Positions 54,276 through 64,000 of a DNA stretch of 64,000 nucleotides are shown piece by piece. The notes beneath the pieces are model-generated. The model saw only the letters and a program-made list of their open reading frames with translations. It was not told the origin of the DNA and made no database searches. This stretch comes from an uncultured delta proteobacterium (GTDB lineage: Bacteria > Myxococcota > Myxococcia > Myxococcales > Anaeromyxobacteraceae). The DNA is taken from the NCBI GenBank assembly GCA_963814585.1, contig CAWFDF010000014.1, forward strand, positions 288,001 to 352,000, given 5' to 3'. Each line of letters begins with the position of its first letter. The stretch's first letter is position 1. The position numbers and the translations under genes were made by a program.

Positions 54276-55467
54276 GTGAGCCCTGCCACCACCTCGCGCG
54301 TCGGCCTGCCGCTGCTGGCCGCCGCCTGGCTGGGCTGCGTGACCCGCCCGGAGGCCCGCCCCGAGGCCGGATCCACCGCCACGCCCGCTCCCTCGGCCAT
54401 GGTCGAGGACCTGCCCCGGCGCCCTCCGGCCGCCCTGGCGGTCGAACGGGAGCTGGCCCGCCTCACGCTGGAGGAGAAGGTGGCCCAGCTGGTGATCGCC
54501 TTCGCCCCGACGGGCGACGGGCCCATCCGGCAAGGCGGGGTCATCCTCCTGGGCAAGGCGCTGCGCGATCCCGCCACGCTGCGGGCGCGGGTCGAGGCGC
54601 TGCAGCGGCGGGCCCGGCATCCGCTGCTGGTGGCGGTCGACCTGGAGGGGGGCGGGCTGAACCGGCTCAAGGCGCTGCCGACCCTCGCCGCCTTCCCCTC
54701 GGCCAGGGAGATGGGCGAGGAGGGGGACTGGGAGGCCGAGGCCTGGGGGCGGCGGGCCGGGCTCGACCTCGCTGCTCTCGGCGTCAACACCAGCCTCGGC
54801 CCGGTGCTCGACCTGGCCTCCACCGGGTTCATGGCCGAGACCGGTCGCTCCCTGGGCGACGACCCGATCCGGGTGGCCCGGCTGGCGCGCGCCTTCGCCC
54901 GTGGCCTCTCCTCGGCCGGCATCCTCGCCATCGGGAAGCACTACCCGGGCTACGGGCCTGCCGTGGGCTCCAGCGACAGGGCGCTCCTCCACGTCGACCA
55001 ATCGCCCCAGGAGATCGCGCGCCACCAGGCCACCTTTGTGGCCGCCGGCGACGTCCTGGCCGGGGTGATGCTCGCCAACGTCGCCTTCACCGCCTATGGC
55101 GACGTGCCCGCCATCCTCTCGCCGGAGCTGGTGGCCCGCGCCCACCTCTCTGGCTTCCTCGCCGTCACCGACGACCTGGCCGTCCCGTCCCTGCTCGAGG
55201 CCACCGGCGGCGACGCGGCCGAGCTCTGGCGTCGCGCCTTCCTCGCCGGCAACGACCTGCTCCTCACCACGGCGCCGTGCGAGTGGCCTGGGGCTCCCGA
55301 TCCCAGGGCGGTGCTGGTGGACCTGGTGCGTGCCCGCCCCGAGCTGGGCCCGAGGCTCGACGGGAGCGTCCGCCGCGTGCTGGCCGCCAAGGCCCGGGTC
55401 GGACTGGGCGCGGCGCCTGCGCAGGCTCCGGATACTCGCAGGAGAAAGTCCGCCAGCCGGACTCTGA
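54276..55467 (+). CDS. glycoside hydrolase family 3 (NagZ-like) lipoprotein; 3' end uncertain
   Basis: Lipobox WLGC; VDLEGG, GPVLD, RSLG, KHYPG, TDDL, AGNDLLL; no in-frame stop, but one extra base at ~55400-55464 would give TGA at 55465. Confidence 0.75.
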
Positions 55468-55528
55468 GTCAACCAGACTCCCTGGCGGAGGAAGTCACAT
55501 CCGGGTCGCCCGTTCGCCCATCTGGTCG

Positions 55529-56780
55529 ATGGCAACGCTGGTTCGACCGCTCTTCATCGGCCTCTTCCTCCTCTCGCAGGCGGTCGACCTCGGGCTCATC
55601 GCGCTCAACCTCTGGCGGGCCTCGAGGGCGCGCGGCGTCCCTCCCGAGCTCAAGGGGCTGGTTCCGCGCCGGGAGGCCGAGCGGGCGCGCCGCCTGGCCG
55701 TCTCCACCGGTCGGCACGCGCTGGTCCGCGGCCTGGTGGAGGCCGGCGGCATGGCCTGGCTCCTCTTCGGTGGCGCGCTCCCCTGGCTCGACCGACAGCT
55801 GGTGGCCGCTGGGCTGGAGGGAGCCCATCTCTTCGTCGTCTTCGTCGCCGCGGTGCCGGTGGGGCTGGTCCTGCTCGACCTGCCGTTCGCCTGGTGGCGC
55901 GCCCGGGCCGTCGAACGGCCCAGCGGCCTCGGCCAGGCGCGGCTCGCCCCGGTCCTCGCCGGGCGGGCCCGCTCCCAGGCCCTCTGCGCGCTGCGGGTGC
56001 TGCCGCTGCTCTACGCCGCGTGGGCCATCCTCGAGCACGGCGGCGCCGCCGGGTGGCTCTGGCTCTTCGCCGCCGTGGCCTCGCTGCAGCTCGTCCTGCA
56101 GTGGCTCTGGCCGTCGGTGGTGGCCTCCCGGCTCGCCGACGCCCGCCCCGTCACCGGCGGCCCACTCCCGGACCGGCTGGAGGCCCTGGCCGACGCGGCC
56201 GGCCTCCGGACCGCCGGAGTCTACGTGGTCGAGGCCTCGCGCCGCTCGGGCCACGCCAACGCCTGCCTGGTCGGGACTCTTCCGCCCGCGGGTCCTGCTC
56301 GACGACACCCTGCTGGCCCACCTCACGCTGGAGGAGGTCGCGGCGGTCACCGCCCACGAGATCGGTCACCACCGGCTCCGGCACCACGCGCAGCGGCTGG
56401 GCGTCTCGCTGGTGGGGACCTTCGCGGTGCTGGCGCTGACCGCCTCCTTCCTCTCGTGGGCGCCGCTCTACCAGGCGTTCGGCTTCGCCGGGCCCTCCCT
56501 CCACGCCGGCGTGGCGCTGGCCTCCCTCTCGGTGGGCACGCTGGCCTTCTGGGTGACCCCGATCACCGCCGCCTGGTCCCGCCGCCAGGAGAAGGCGGCC
56601 GACGCCTACGCGGTGCGGCTCTTCGGGCGGGTGGGCGCGCTGGCCTCGGCGCTGCAGCGGCTCTCCGAGCGGAACCTCGCCAACCCCTGGCCTCACCCGT
56701 GGTACGCGGCCTGGAAGTTCAGCCACCCGCCCCTGGCGGAGCGGCTGGTGGCGATGGTCCGCGCGGCCGACGCCCGCTGA
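55529..56780 (+). CDS. M48 family (Ste24-like) membrane zinc peptidase; one extra G at 56273-56275
   Basis: SRRSGHANA, DTLL, AHEIGH, SRRQEKAAD, SHPPLAER. Confidence 0.82.
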
Positions 56781-56802
56781 CCGGAGGCTGGCGGGATCCG
56801 GC

Positions 56803-58116
56803 CTACGCCACGGCCACGGTCAGGAGCGCGACGGTCTCGACGTGGTGCGTCTGGGGGAAGAGGTCGAGCGGCTGGACCGCCTCGATGGCGAAGCCGGCGT
56901 CGACGCACCCCCGCAGGTCGCGGGCCAGCGTGGCCGGATCGCAGGAGACGTAGACGGCCCGCGTCACCCCCAGCGCCCGGAGCGCCGGGCCAATCCCCCT
57001 GGCCCCCTCTCGGGGAGGGTCGAGGAGCGCCCGCGTGAACCCCGCCCCGCCGGCTCCCCGTTCCCGGGCCAGCGCCTGCGCCAGCTTGAGCGCGTCACCG
57101 GCGTAGAAGCGGGTCCCGGTCCCCGCCAGGTCGGCGCTGGCCAGCTCGAGCGCCGGCCCCTGCGCCTCGACCGCGGCCACCGCCGCCGCCCGGAGCGCCA
57201 GCGGACCGGTGAAGTTGCCCGAGCCGCAGAACAGCTCCAGCACCCGCTCGCCGTCGGGCCGGAGCAGCTCGAGGGCGAGCTCGACGAGGAGCGCGTTGGC
57301 GGCCCGGTTGGCCTGCTGGAAGACGTCGGGGCGCGAGCTGGCGAGCCCGGCGGCCGGCCGGCCCGGCACCCGCTCGTGTCGCAGCACCGGCGCTCCGACC
57401 AGCGTCGGCGGCGCGCCCTCGGCGGTGAGGACCACGCCGGCCAGCGAAGGAACGCCCCGGAGCAGCGTCTCGGCCCGGCTCCGCTGCTCCTTCCCGGGAG
57501 CGGCCGGGAGCGCCAGGTGGGCCGCGCCGCGGGCCTCGTGGTCGGACCACTCCAGGGCCACCTCCCGTGGCGTGAGCCGGGCGGCCACCAGGGCGGGGCC
57601 CATGGCCCGCCGCAGCCTCTCCAGCCCCTCCGTGAGCAGGTGGCAGTCGGCCACCGGCACCGGCACATGGGAGCGACGCTGGAAGAAGACCAGCCGCTCC
57701 TCCCGCCGGTCGAGGTGGAAGCGGGCTCGCGAGCGGTACCGGTAGGGGCTCGGCGAGGCGATCGCCGGCCGCCAGCCGCAGGACGACGGGTCGAGCCGGC
57801 CGATCTTCCGGAGCGCCTCGCGCACCGAGGCCCCCTTGGCCGCGAGCTGCGCCGGCGCGTCGGCGTGCTGCCACTCGCAGCCGCCACAGCGGTCACCTCC
57901 GGGGCCGAAGTGGGGGCAGGCGGGAGCCCGGCGAGACGCGCCCGGCGACCTCAGGGACACCAGCTCTCCCCGGACGACCTCCCCGGCCTCGGGGACCTCG
58001 ACCAGCACGCGGTCCCCCGGCGCGGTGAAGGGGACGAAGACGGTGCGGGGACCGGCGTGCCCGACGCCCTCGCCGCCGGGCGCGAGGGCGTCGATGTCGA
58101 GCTCGAGCCTCGACAA
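56803..58116 (-). CDS. rlmD: 23S rRNA (uracil-C5)-methyltransferase RlmD/TrmA family
   Basis: TRAM, C-CGGC, FQQAN, ELFCGSG, DPPR, YVSCDP, DLFPQTHHVE. Confidence 0.88.
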   Translation of the reverse strand: MSRLELDIDALAPGGEGVGHAGPRTVFVPFTAPGDRVLVEVPEAGEVVRGELVSLRSPGASRRAPACPHFGPGGDRCGGCEWQHADAPAQLAAKGASVREALRKIGRLDPSSCGWRPAIASPSPYRYRSRARFHLDRREERLVFFQRRSHVPVPVADCHLLTEGLERLRRAMGPALVAARLTPREVALEWSDHEARGAAHLALPAAPGKEQRSRAETLLRGVPSLAGVVLTAEGAPPTLVGAPVLRHERVPGRPAAGLASSRPDVFQQANRAANALLVELALELLRPDGERVLELFCGSGNFTGPLALRAAAVAAVEAQGPALELASADLAGTGTRFYAGDALKLAQALARERGAGGAGFTRALLDPPREGARGIGPALRALGVTRAVYVSCDPATLARDLRGCVDAGFAIEAVQPLDLFPQTHHVETVALLTVAVA

Positions 58117-58121
58117 GGTCG

Positions 58122-58487
58122 TCAGCGCCCGGCTGCTTCCAGCTGGCCACGGAGCCGCTGCACGAAGGTCTCCAGCTCGGCGCGGCGTCCCGGGTCGAGG
58201 GCGGTGAACTCCACGCCCATGCCCGGCACCATGTTGTGGTGGTTGTCGTACTCGGTGACCCGGGTCACCTTGCCCTCGATGGCGGCGGCCTGGGCCTCGC
58301 CGGGGAGCTGGAGGAGGATGCGGACCGCGGTGCCGACCGGCAGCGGGCTGCGCGTGTTGATGAAGAGGCCGCCCTGGCTGATGTTGGTGGCCCAGTCGGT
58401 CAGGAAGCTGCCGACCGACCGGTAGGCCACGGGGATCTCGTGCTGGAGCCGCGTGGCCTTTCGCTTGTTGTCGGCGCCCGTCCTCAT
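58122..58487 (-). CDS. stand-alone TIGR02266/PilZ domain protein
   Basis: RKATR (RxxxR), NISQGG, GMGVEF. Confidence 0.88.
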   Translation of the reverse strand: MRTGADNKRKATRLQHEIPVAYRSVGSFLTDWATNISQGGLFINTRSPLPVGTAVRILLQLPGEAQAAAIEGKVTRVTEYDNHHNMVPGMGVEFTALDPGRRAELETFVQRLRGQLEAAGR

Positions 58488-58500
58488 CTCGGCGGAAACT

Positions 58501-59313
58501 CTAGCAGGGGCTCCCCGCAGCGCCAAGGGTGGCCGATCCTCCCAGGAGGAGCCGGACCTCGACGCCGCGCCAGCGGTGCAGGTGGGCCGCCGCGCTCCCC
58601 TCCCGGACGGCGATCTCGACCCGGCCGCCGCTCCCGACCAGCGCCAGCAGCTCCCCGGGCTGGCCGTCGCCGAAGGTCCGGACCCAGCGGGCCGGACGGC
58701 CGTCGCAGAGGGCGACCCGCACCTCGGCCCCGGCCAGATCGGCCTCCCCGATGGAGGTGACCAGGTTCCCGAAGGAGTCCACCGAGAGGGTGACGCCTCG
58801 CACCTGGCCGGCGCTCCGCTCGGCGACCGGCCAGTCGATCCGGACCGGGTCGGTGGTGAGCGGCCCGAGCCGCTCCGGCGGGAGGCCGAGCGCGATCGCG
58901 GCGGTCACCGGCGCGAACAGGTCGCGGCCGTGGAAGGTGGCGGAGCGAGGGAGCGGGACCAGCGACGGATCGGCCAGGTGGTAGACCCTCGAGCCCTCGC
59001 CGAGGAAGGGCGTGAGCAGGCCGTTGTCGGGCGCCACCAGGCGGCGGCCGGCCGGGTCGACCACGCAGATGGCGCGCCGGTCGGTGCCGACGCCGGGATC
59101 CACGACGGCGAGGTGGATGGCGTCGAGCGGGAAGGCCGGGAGGCAGGCCTCCAGCAGCAGCGCTCCGGCCATCAGGTCGTAGGCCGGCACGCCATGGGAG
59201 ATGTCGACGATGCGCAGGTCGGGAACGGCCGAGAGGAGCACGCCCTTCACCTGGGCCGGGTAGCCGGAGCCGGCCCCGTAGTCGGTGGTGAGGGTGACGA
59301 GCGGCGGCGGCAC
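58501..59313 (-). CDS. SAM hydroxide adenosyltransferase (DUF62, fluorinase/chlorinase family)
   Basis: LTTDYG, VVDPGVGTDRR, APDNG, STFHGRD-like SATFHGRD, DSFGN. Confidence 0.9.
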   Translation of the reverse strand: MPPPLVTLTTDYGAGSGYPAQVKGVLLSAVPDLRIVDISHGVPAYDLMAGALLLEACLPAFPLDAIHLAVVDPGVGTDRRAICVVDPAGRRLVAPDNGLLTPFLGEGSRVYHLADPSLVPLPRSATFHGRDLFAPVTAAIALGLPPERLGPLTTDPVRIDWPVAERSAGQVRGVTLSVDSFGNLVTSIGEADLAGAEVRVALCDGRPARWVRTFGDGQPGELLALVGSGGRVEIAVREGSAAAHLHRWRGVEVRLLLGGSATLGAAGSPC

Positions 59314-59969
59314 TAGACGCCCATGGTCGTCAGGTCGGGCGCCACCGCCAGCCTCGGCCCGGTGAGCGCCTGCACCGAGGCGACCGTCTCGCCCGGGGCC
59401 AGCTCGCGCAGCAGGAGGCCGGCGGGCGTCACGTCGAGCCAGGCCCGGTCGGAGCAGATGGCCGCGACGCAGCGCCGGCCGGTGAGCGGCAACGTGCAGG
59501 CCTCCAGGATCTTGGGCTTCCCGTCCTTGGTGGCGTGGTCCATCATCACCACCACGCGCCGGGCGCCGGCGACCAGGTCCATGCCGCCGCCCATGCCCTT
59601 CACCATCTTGCCCGGCACCAGCCAGTTGGCGAGGTCCCCCTGCGCGCTCACCTCCAGGGCGCCGAGGATGGCGAGGTCGATGTGGCCGCCGCGGATCATG
59701 GCGAACGAGTCGGCCGAGGAGAAGAAGGCCGAGCCGGGGTTGACGGTGACGGTCTCCTTGCCGGCGTTGATGAGGTCGGGGTCCTCGGTCCCGGCCAGCG
59801 GATACGGGCCGACGCCCAGGATCCCGTTCTCCGACTGGAGCACCACCTCGATCCCCGGGGGGACGTAGTTGGCGACCAGGGTCGGCATGCCGATGCCGAG
59901 GTTGACGTAGAAGCCGTCGCGCAGCTCTCGCGCGACGCGGGCGGCGATCTGCTCGCGGGTGAGCGGCAT
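59313..59969 (-). CDS. scoB: 3-oxoacid CoA-transferase subunit B
   Basis: [27 protein letters not shown]. Confidence 0.92.
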   Translation of the reverse strand: MPLTREQIAARVARELRDGFYVNLGIGMPTLVANYVPPGIEVVLQSENGILGVGPYPLAGTEDPDLINAGKETVTVNPGSAFFSSADSFAMIRGGHIDLAILGALEVSAQGDLANWLVPGKMVKGMGGGMDLVAGARRVVVMMDHATKDGKPKILEACTLPLTGRRCVAAICSDRAWLDVTPAGLLLRELAPGETVASVQALTGPRLAVAPDLTTMGV

Positions 59970-59971
59970 GG

Positions 59972-60682
59972 CTACCTCCCCTCCCCGGCCGCGGGCCGGA
60001 CGGTGCGCCGCTCGATCCACTTCTGGTAGCCGGTCCCCTGGACCAGCCGCTTCACGTAGATGCCCGGGGTGTGGATCTGGTCGGGGTCGAGCTCGCCCGG
60101 CGCCACGACCCGCTCGGCCTCGGCGATGGTGACGCGCGCGGCGGTGGCCATGATGGGGTTGAAGTTGCGGGCCGTCTTGCGGAAGACCAGGTTGCCGTGG
60201 GTGTCGGCGGTGTGGGCGTGGACCAGGGCGAAGTCGGCCCGCAGCGGCGCCTCGAGGATGTACTCGTTCCCGTCGATGGTCCGCGCCTCCTTGCCCTCGG
60301 CCACCTGCGTCCCCACGCCGGTCCGGGTGTAGAAGCCGCCGATCCCGGCCCCGCCGGCCCGGATCCGCTCGGCCAGCGTCCCCTGCGGCACCAGCTCCAC
60401 CTCCAGCTCGCCGGAGAGGAACTGCCGCTCGAACTCCTTGTTCTCGCCGACGTAGCTGGCCAGGATCTTCCGGATCTGGCGGGCCTGGAGCAGCGGCCCC
60501 AGGCCGAGGTCGGTGGTGCCGCAGTTGTTGGAGATGACGGTGAGCCCGGTGACGCCCCGCCGGTGGAGCGCGGCGATCAGGTTCTCCGGGTTGCCGCAGA
60601 GGCCGAAGCCGCCCACCATGACGGTGGCGCCGTCGCGGATGTCCGCGACCGCGGCGTCGGCCGATTCGACGAGCTTGTTCAT
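59972..60682 (-). CDS. scoA: 3-oxoacid CoA-transferase subunit A
   Basis: [32 protein letters not shown]. Confidence 0.92.
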   Translation of the reverse strand: MNKLVESADAAVADIRDGATVMVGGFGLCGNPENLIAALHRRGVTGLTVISNNCGTTDLGLGPLLQARQIRKILASYVGENKEFERQFLSGELEVELVPQGTLAERIRAGGAGIGGFYTRTGVGTQVAEGKEARTIDGNEYILEAPLRADFALVHAHTADTHGNLVFRKTARNFNPIMATAARVTIAEAERVVAPGELDPDQIHTPGIYVKRLVQGTGYQKWIERRTVRPAAGEGR

Positions 60683-60731
60683 GCGCGCTCCCGGGTTCGA
60701 CGGGTGAGGGCTGTCCCGCTTCGAGGCGGCG

Positions 60732-61913
<1,182 letters not shown>

Positions 61914-62089
61914 GAGGACCTCGCAGGGGTGGAGAGCGGACGAACCTTAGTGCGGCCGCGGCTCCGAGCCAAGGCGGTCGAGCGGCCCGAATGGTCGCAG
62001 GCCAGCCGAGAGGCACGGGCACGGGATGGCGCTGCTCCGGGGCCCCGGCCTCGCTCGCCTCGCCACGGCCGGGGGGCCTGGGAGGTGCG

Positions 62090-62872
62090 CTAGGGAAGCC
62101 GGTAGGCGACCGAGGCCGAGATGGGGAGCAGGTTGGCGCCGGCGACCCCCGACGTCTGGAAGTAGACGAAGTAGGCGAAGCGCGTGGCGTCCACCCGGCG
62201 CAGCTTGACCTGGTCGGTGCTGGCGACCCGCACCGAGTCGGCGGCGCCCGTGGTCGCGGCCGCCGCCATGGGCTGGTCGTCCGAGCGGTAGAGGTAGGCG
62301 ATCCCGTCGACCCCCTCGTCGGCGTCGTAGAAGACGTAGCTGAAGCCGGTGACGACGGCGCCGTCCGGCAGCGCCACCGGCACCACCAGGAAGTCGTCCT
62401 CGCCGCGCTCCTGGAAGCGGCCCACCGCGCCCGGGACGGTCCCCTGGGCCGTCACGGTGGAGGAGAGGCGCGGCACGCCGGCCAGCGCCGCCACCGAGGC
62501 GACCCCGCGCGGCAGCTTCTGGCAGGCGACGCTGCCGTCCGCGTCGATGACGCGGATGGCGGAGCCGGGCGCGCAGGTGCCGGTGATGCGCGCCTGCTTG
62601 GCCTCGAGGGCCTCGGCGTTCTTCACGATCTCGGCCGAGTGGGTCTCCAGCGCGGCGCCGACCTCCTCCGGCAGGCGGTCGAGCGGCAGCCGGCCGGTGG
62701 TGATCTGGGCGGCGTCGATGGGGTGACCGCCCGGGTACTGGGGGCTGGGCGGGCGGGCGCCACCTCTCGGCTCGGCCGGCTCCTCCTCCCAGGGGCGGAG
62801 GACGGCCGCCGCCAGGCCGGCGGCGACCAGCGTCACGGCGGCGGCGGCGAGGATCCAGCGCTTCACGGGCAT
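62090..62872 (-). CDS. membrane-anchored hypothetical protein with fibre-like motifs
   Basis: N-terminal TM; DAAQITTGRLPLDRLP, coiled segment, KQARITGTCAPGSAIRVIDADGSVAC, beta-rich C-terminus. Confidence 0.7.
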   Translation of the reverse strand: MPVKRWILAAAAVTLVAAGLAAAVLRPWEEEPAEPRGGARPPSPQYPGGHPIDAAQITTGRLPLDRLPEEVGAALETHSAEIVKNAEALEAKQARITGTCAPGSAIRVIDADGSVACQKLPRGVASVAALAGVPRLSSTVTAQGTVPGAVGRFQERGEDDFLVVPVALPDGAVVTGFSYVFYDADEGVDGIAYLYRSDDQPMAAAATTGAADSVRVASTDQVKLRRVDATRFAYFVYFQTSGVAGANLLPISASVAYRLP

Positions 62873-62927
62873 TCCTTACCACGGCGCGGCGGGCCCGCCA
62901 CCGGGCCGCGGCCTCCGGCTCCGCCGC

Positions 62928-63537
62928 TCACAGGTTCAGGACGAAGGGGACCTCGAAGCTCGAGCCCCTCTTGCTGGGCGCCGGCATGAGCTGGCCTCGC
63001 AGCTTGCGCATGGCGCACGCCACCCTCGGGTCGGCCTCGTCCTCGTGGTTCACCAGGGTCACGTCGACGATCCGGAGCCTCGAGTCGAGGGTCTCGAACT
63101 GGAGGGTCAGGACGACCCGGCCGCGGCGCAGCGCGCCGGTTCCGCCTCCAGCGGCCTCCATCTCGTCGGCGCAGGCGGCGACGCTCTGCTGGAGCCTGCC
63201 CAGGCCGGCGGCCACGTACGGGCGCAAGCGGCCCGAGCACCGAGCCGTCCCTGGTGGGCGCGAGCGACCGGGTGGCGCCTTCCAGCCAGGCTGGCGACGG
63301 CCGAGGCACCGGGTCCGGCACGTGCTCCGGCAGCGAGACGGGGGCAGGCTGCGTCGTCCTCACCGGCGTACCGGCCTCGGCCGAGCCTGGCCCGGCCCCG
63401 GGGGAGGTGGTCTCCCAGGGAGCTGGCCCGGCGCTGCCGGGACTGGTGGACGACTCGGTGAAGCGGTCGATGAGCACCAGGCTGCCGGCGACGAGCGCGA
63501 CGGCGGCCCCGCCCAGGATGGCGAGCTCCCTCTTCAT
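62928..63537 (-). CDS. bitopic protein with Pro-rich linker and AgmX/PglI (TonB-C-like) C-terminal domain; one extra base at 63226-63227
   Basis: Removing one base joins VLGPL to RPYVAAG...VAAC...GRVVLTLQF...VACAM...FEVPFVL. Confidence 0.6.
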
Positions 63538-63642
63538 GGCGGCGTGGGCCCCTTCCGGCCCGGGTTCCGGGTGTCCGGGTGACGAGCATGGCGCCGCCAC
63601 ACGGGAGGCTCCACCGGGCCACGGCTGATGGCCCGAAAGCAA

Positions 63643-63677
63643 GTTCCGCGGGGAGGAACCTACCCTCCCCGCGGAAC
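63643..63677. repeat. perfect 14-bp inverted repeat
   Basis: GTTCCGCGGGGAGG-aacctac-CCTCCCCGCGGAAC. Confidence 0.85.
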
Positions 63678-63750
63678 CATGTCTCACTTCATGTGCTGGA
63701 GCCGGGGGAGGGGGCGGTGCCCCTCCCTCGCCTCCGGGCCACCTCTCGCG

Positions 63751-64000
63751 CTACGGCGTGTCGACGCGCGGGAAGACCGACCAGGCCGAGTTCCCGAGCG
63801 CATTCCGGGCACGGATGCGGTACGAGTAGTCGTTGTTGCGGGACACGTTCTGGCTCCACGTGGTCAGGTTGGCGGTGATGGTGTAGCTGGTGGTGTTGTT
63901 GAAGTTGGCGTTGGTGGAGCGCTGGATCTGGAAGTTGGCCTCGTTGTTCGAGTTGTCCGCCCAGGTCAGCGTCGCCAGGTCCTGGTTGTTGTTCCCGGGG
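63751..64000 (-). CDS. C-terminal fibronectin type III domain of a secreted protein (partial)
   Basis: Manual translation ...ATLTWADNSNNEANFQIQRS...DYSYRIRARNALGNSAWSVFPRVDTP-stop at 63751. Confidence 0.8.
   Translation of the reverse strand, partial: PGNNNQDLATLTWADNSNNEANFQIQRSTNANFNNTTSYTITANLTTWSQNVSRNNDYSYRIRARNALGNSAWSVFPRVDTP

Noticed and set aside
54276..56780. Apparent 834-aa GH3-M48 fusion in the ORF track
   Set aside because: The middle is out-of-frame shadow of the M48 N-terminus; two single-base insertions explain it
58501..59313. Fluorinase/chlorinase with halometabolite pathway
   Set aside because: Retains the Asp-Arg-His features of DUF62 SAM hydrolases and sits among housekeeping genes
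63610..63645. Hammerhead ribozyme or fluoride riboswitch (CTGATG...GAAA)
   Set aside because: Core is CTGATGG not CTGANGA, no stem II, and the fluoride 5' GATGG element is missing

Overview
Very GC-rich chromosomal window. Gene content (TIGR02266/PilZ proteins, PilZ-Hsp70 fusion, CglB-like VWA lipoprotein, AgmX/PglI-like protein) points to an Anaeromyxobacter-like member of Myxococcota. It holds about 60 CDS and one initiator tRNA-fMet (34064-34140, minus). Left to right: fadN-like gene with a divergent PrpR-type sigma54 activator; a highly divergent, extended GlpX-like phosphatase head-to-head with an atypical PfkA; purine-nucleoside ABC transporter with gpt; two tandem 135-aa membrane paralogues; cholesterol oxidase-like GMC; yebC; serA-like; nhaR/terC; a DUF6599-DUF362-NapGH-like redox module; a probable accessory block next to the tRNA (DrrAB-like exporter, HAD, arylsulfatase, orphan MNT remnant, pip); a Zn/Mn uptake operon headed by a DUF2946-like CxxC leader ORF ending in QSPP; SCP2/FadD/TPR lipid genes; CglB-like gene; guaA/guaB; PilZ-Hsp70; miaB; CoxE; GH3; M48; rlmD-like; scoAB/thiolase; and the 3' end of an FN3 protein. 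Seven ORFs appear broken by one extra base each (including guaA), most likely sequencing-consensus errors. The best candidates for undescribed biology are (1) the metal-sensing arrest-type leader peptide with a QSPP variant and an embedded anti-SD upstream of the metal porin/ZnuABC-like operon and (2) the divergent GlpX-like/PfkA pair. No CRISPR array, integrase or transposase was seen. All family assignments are from motif recognition by eye; no database searches were run.
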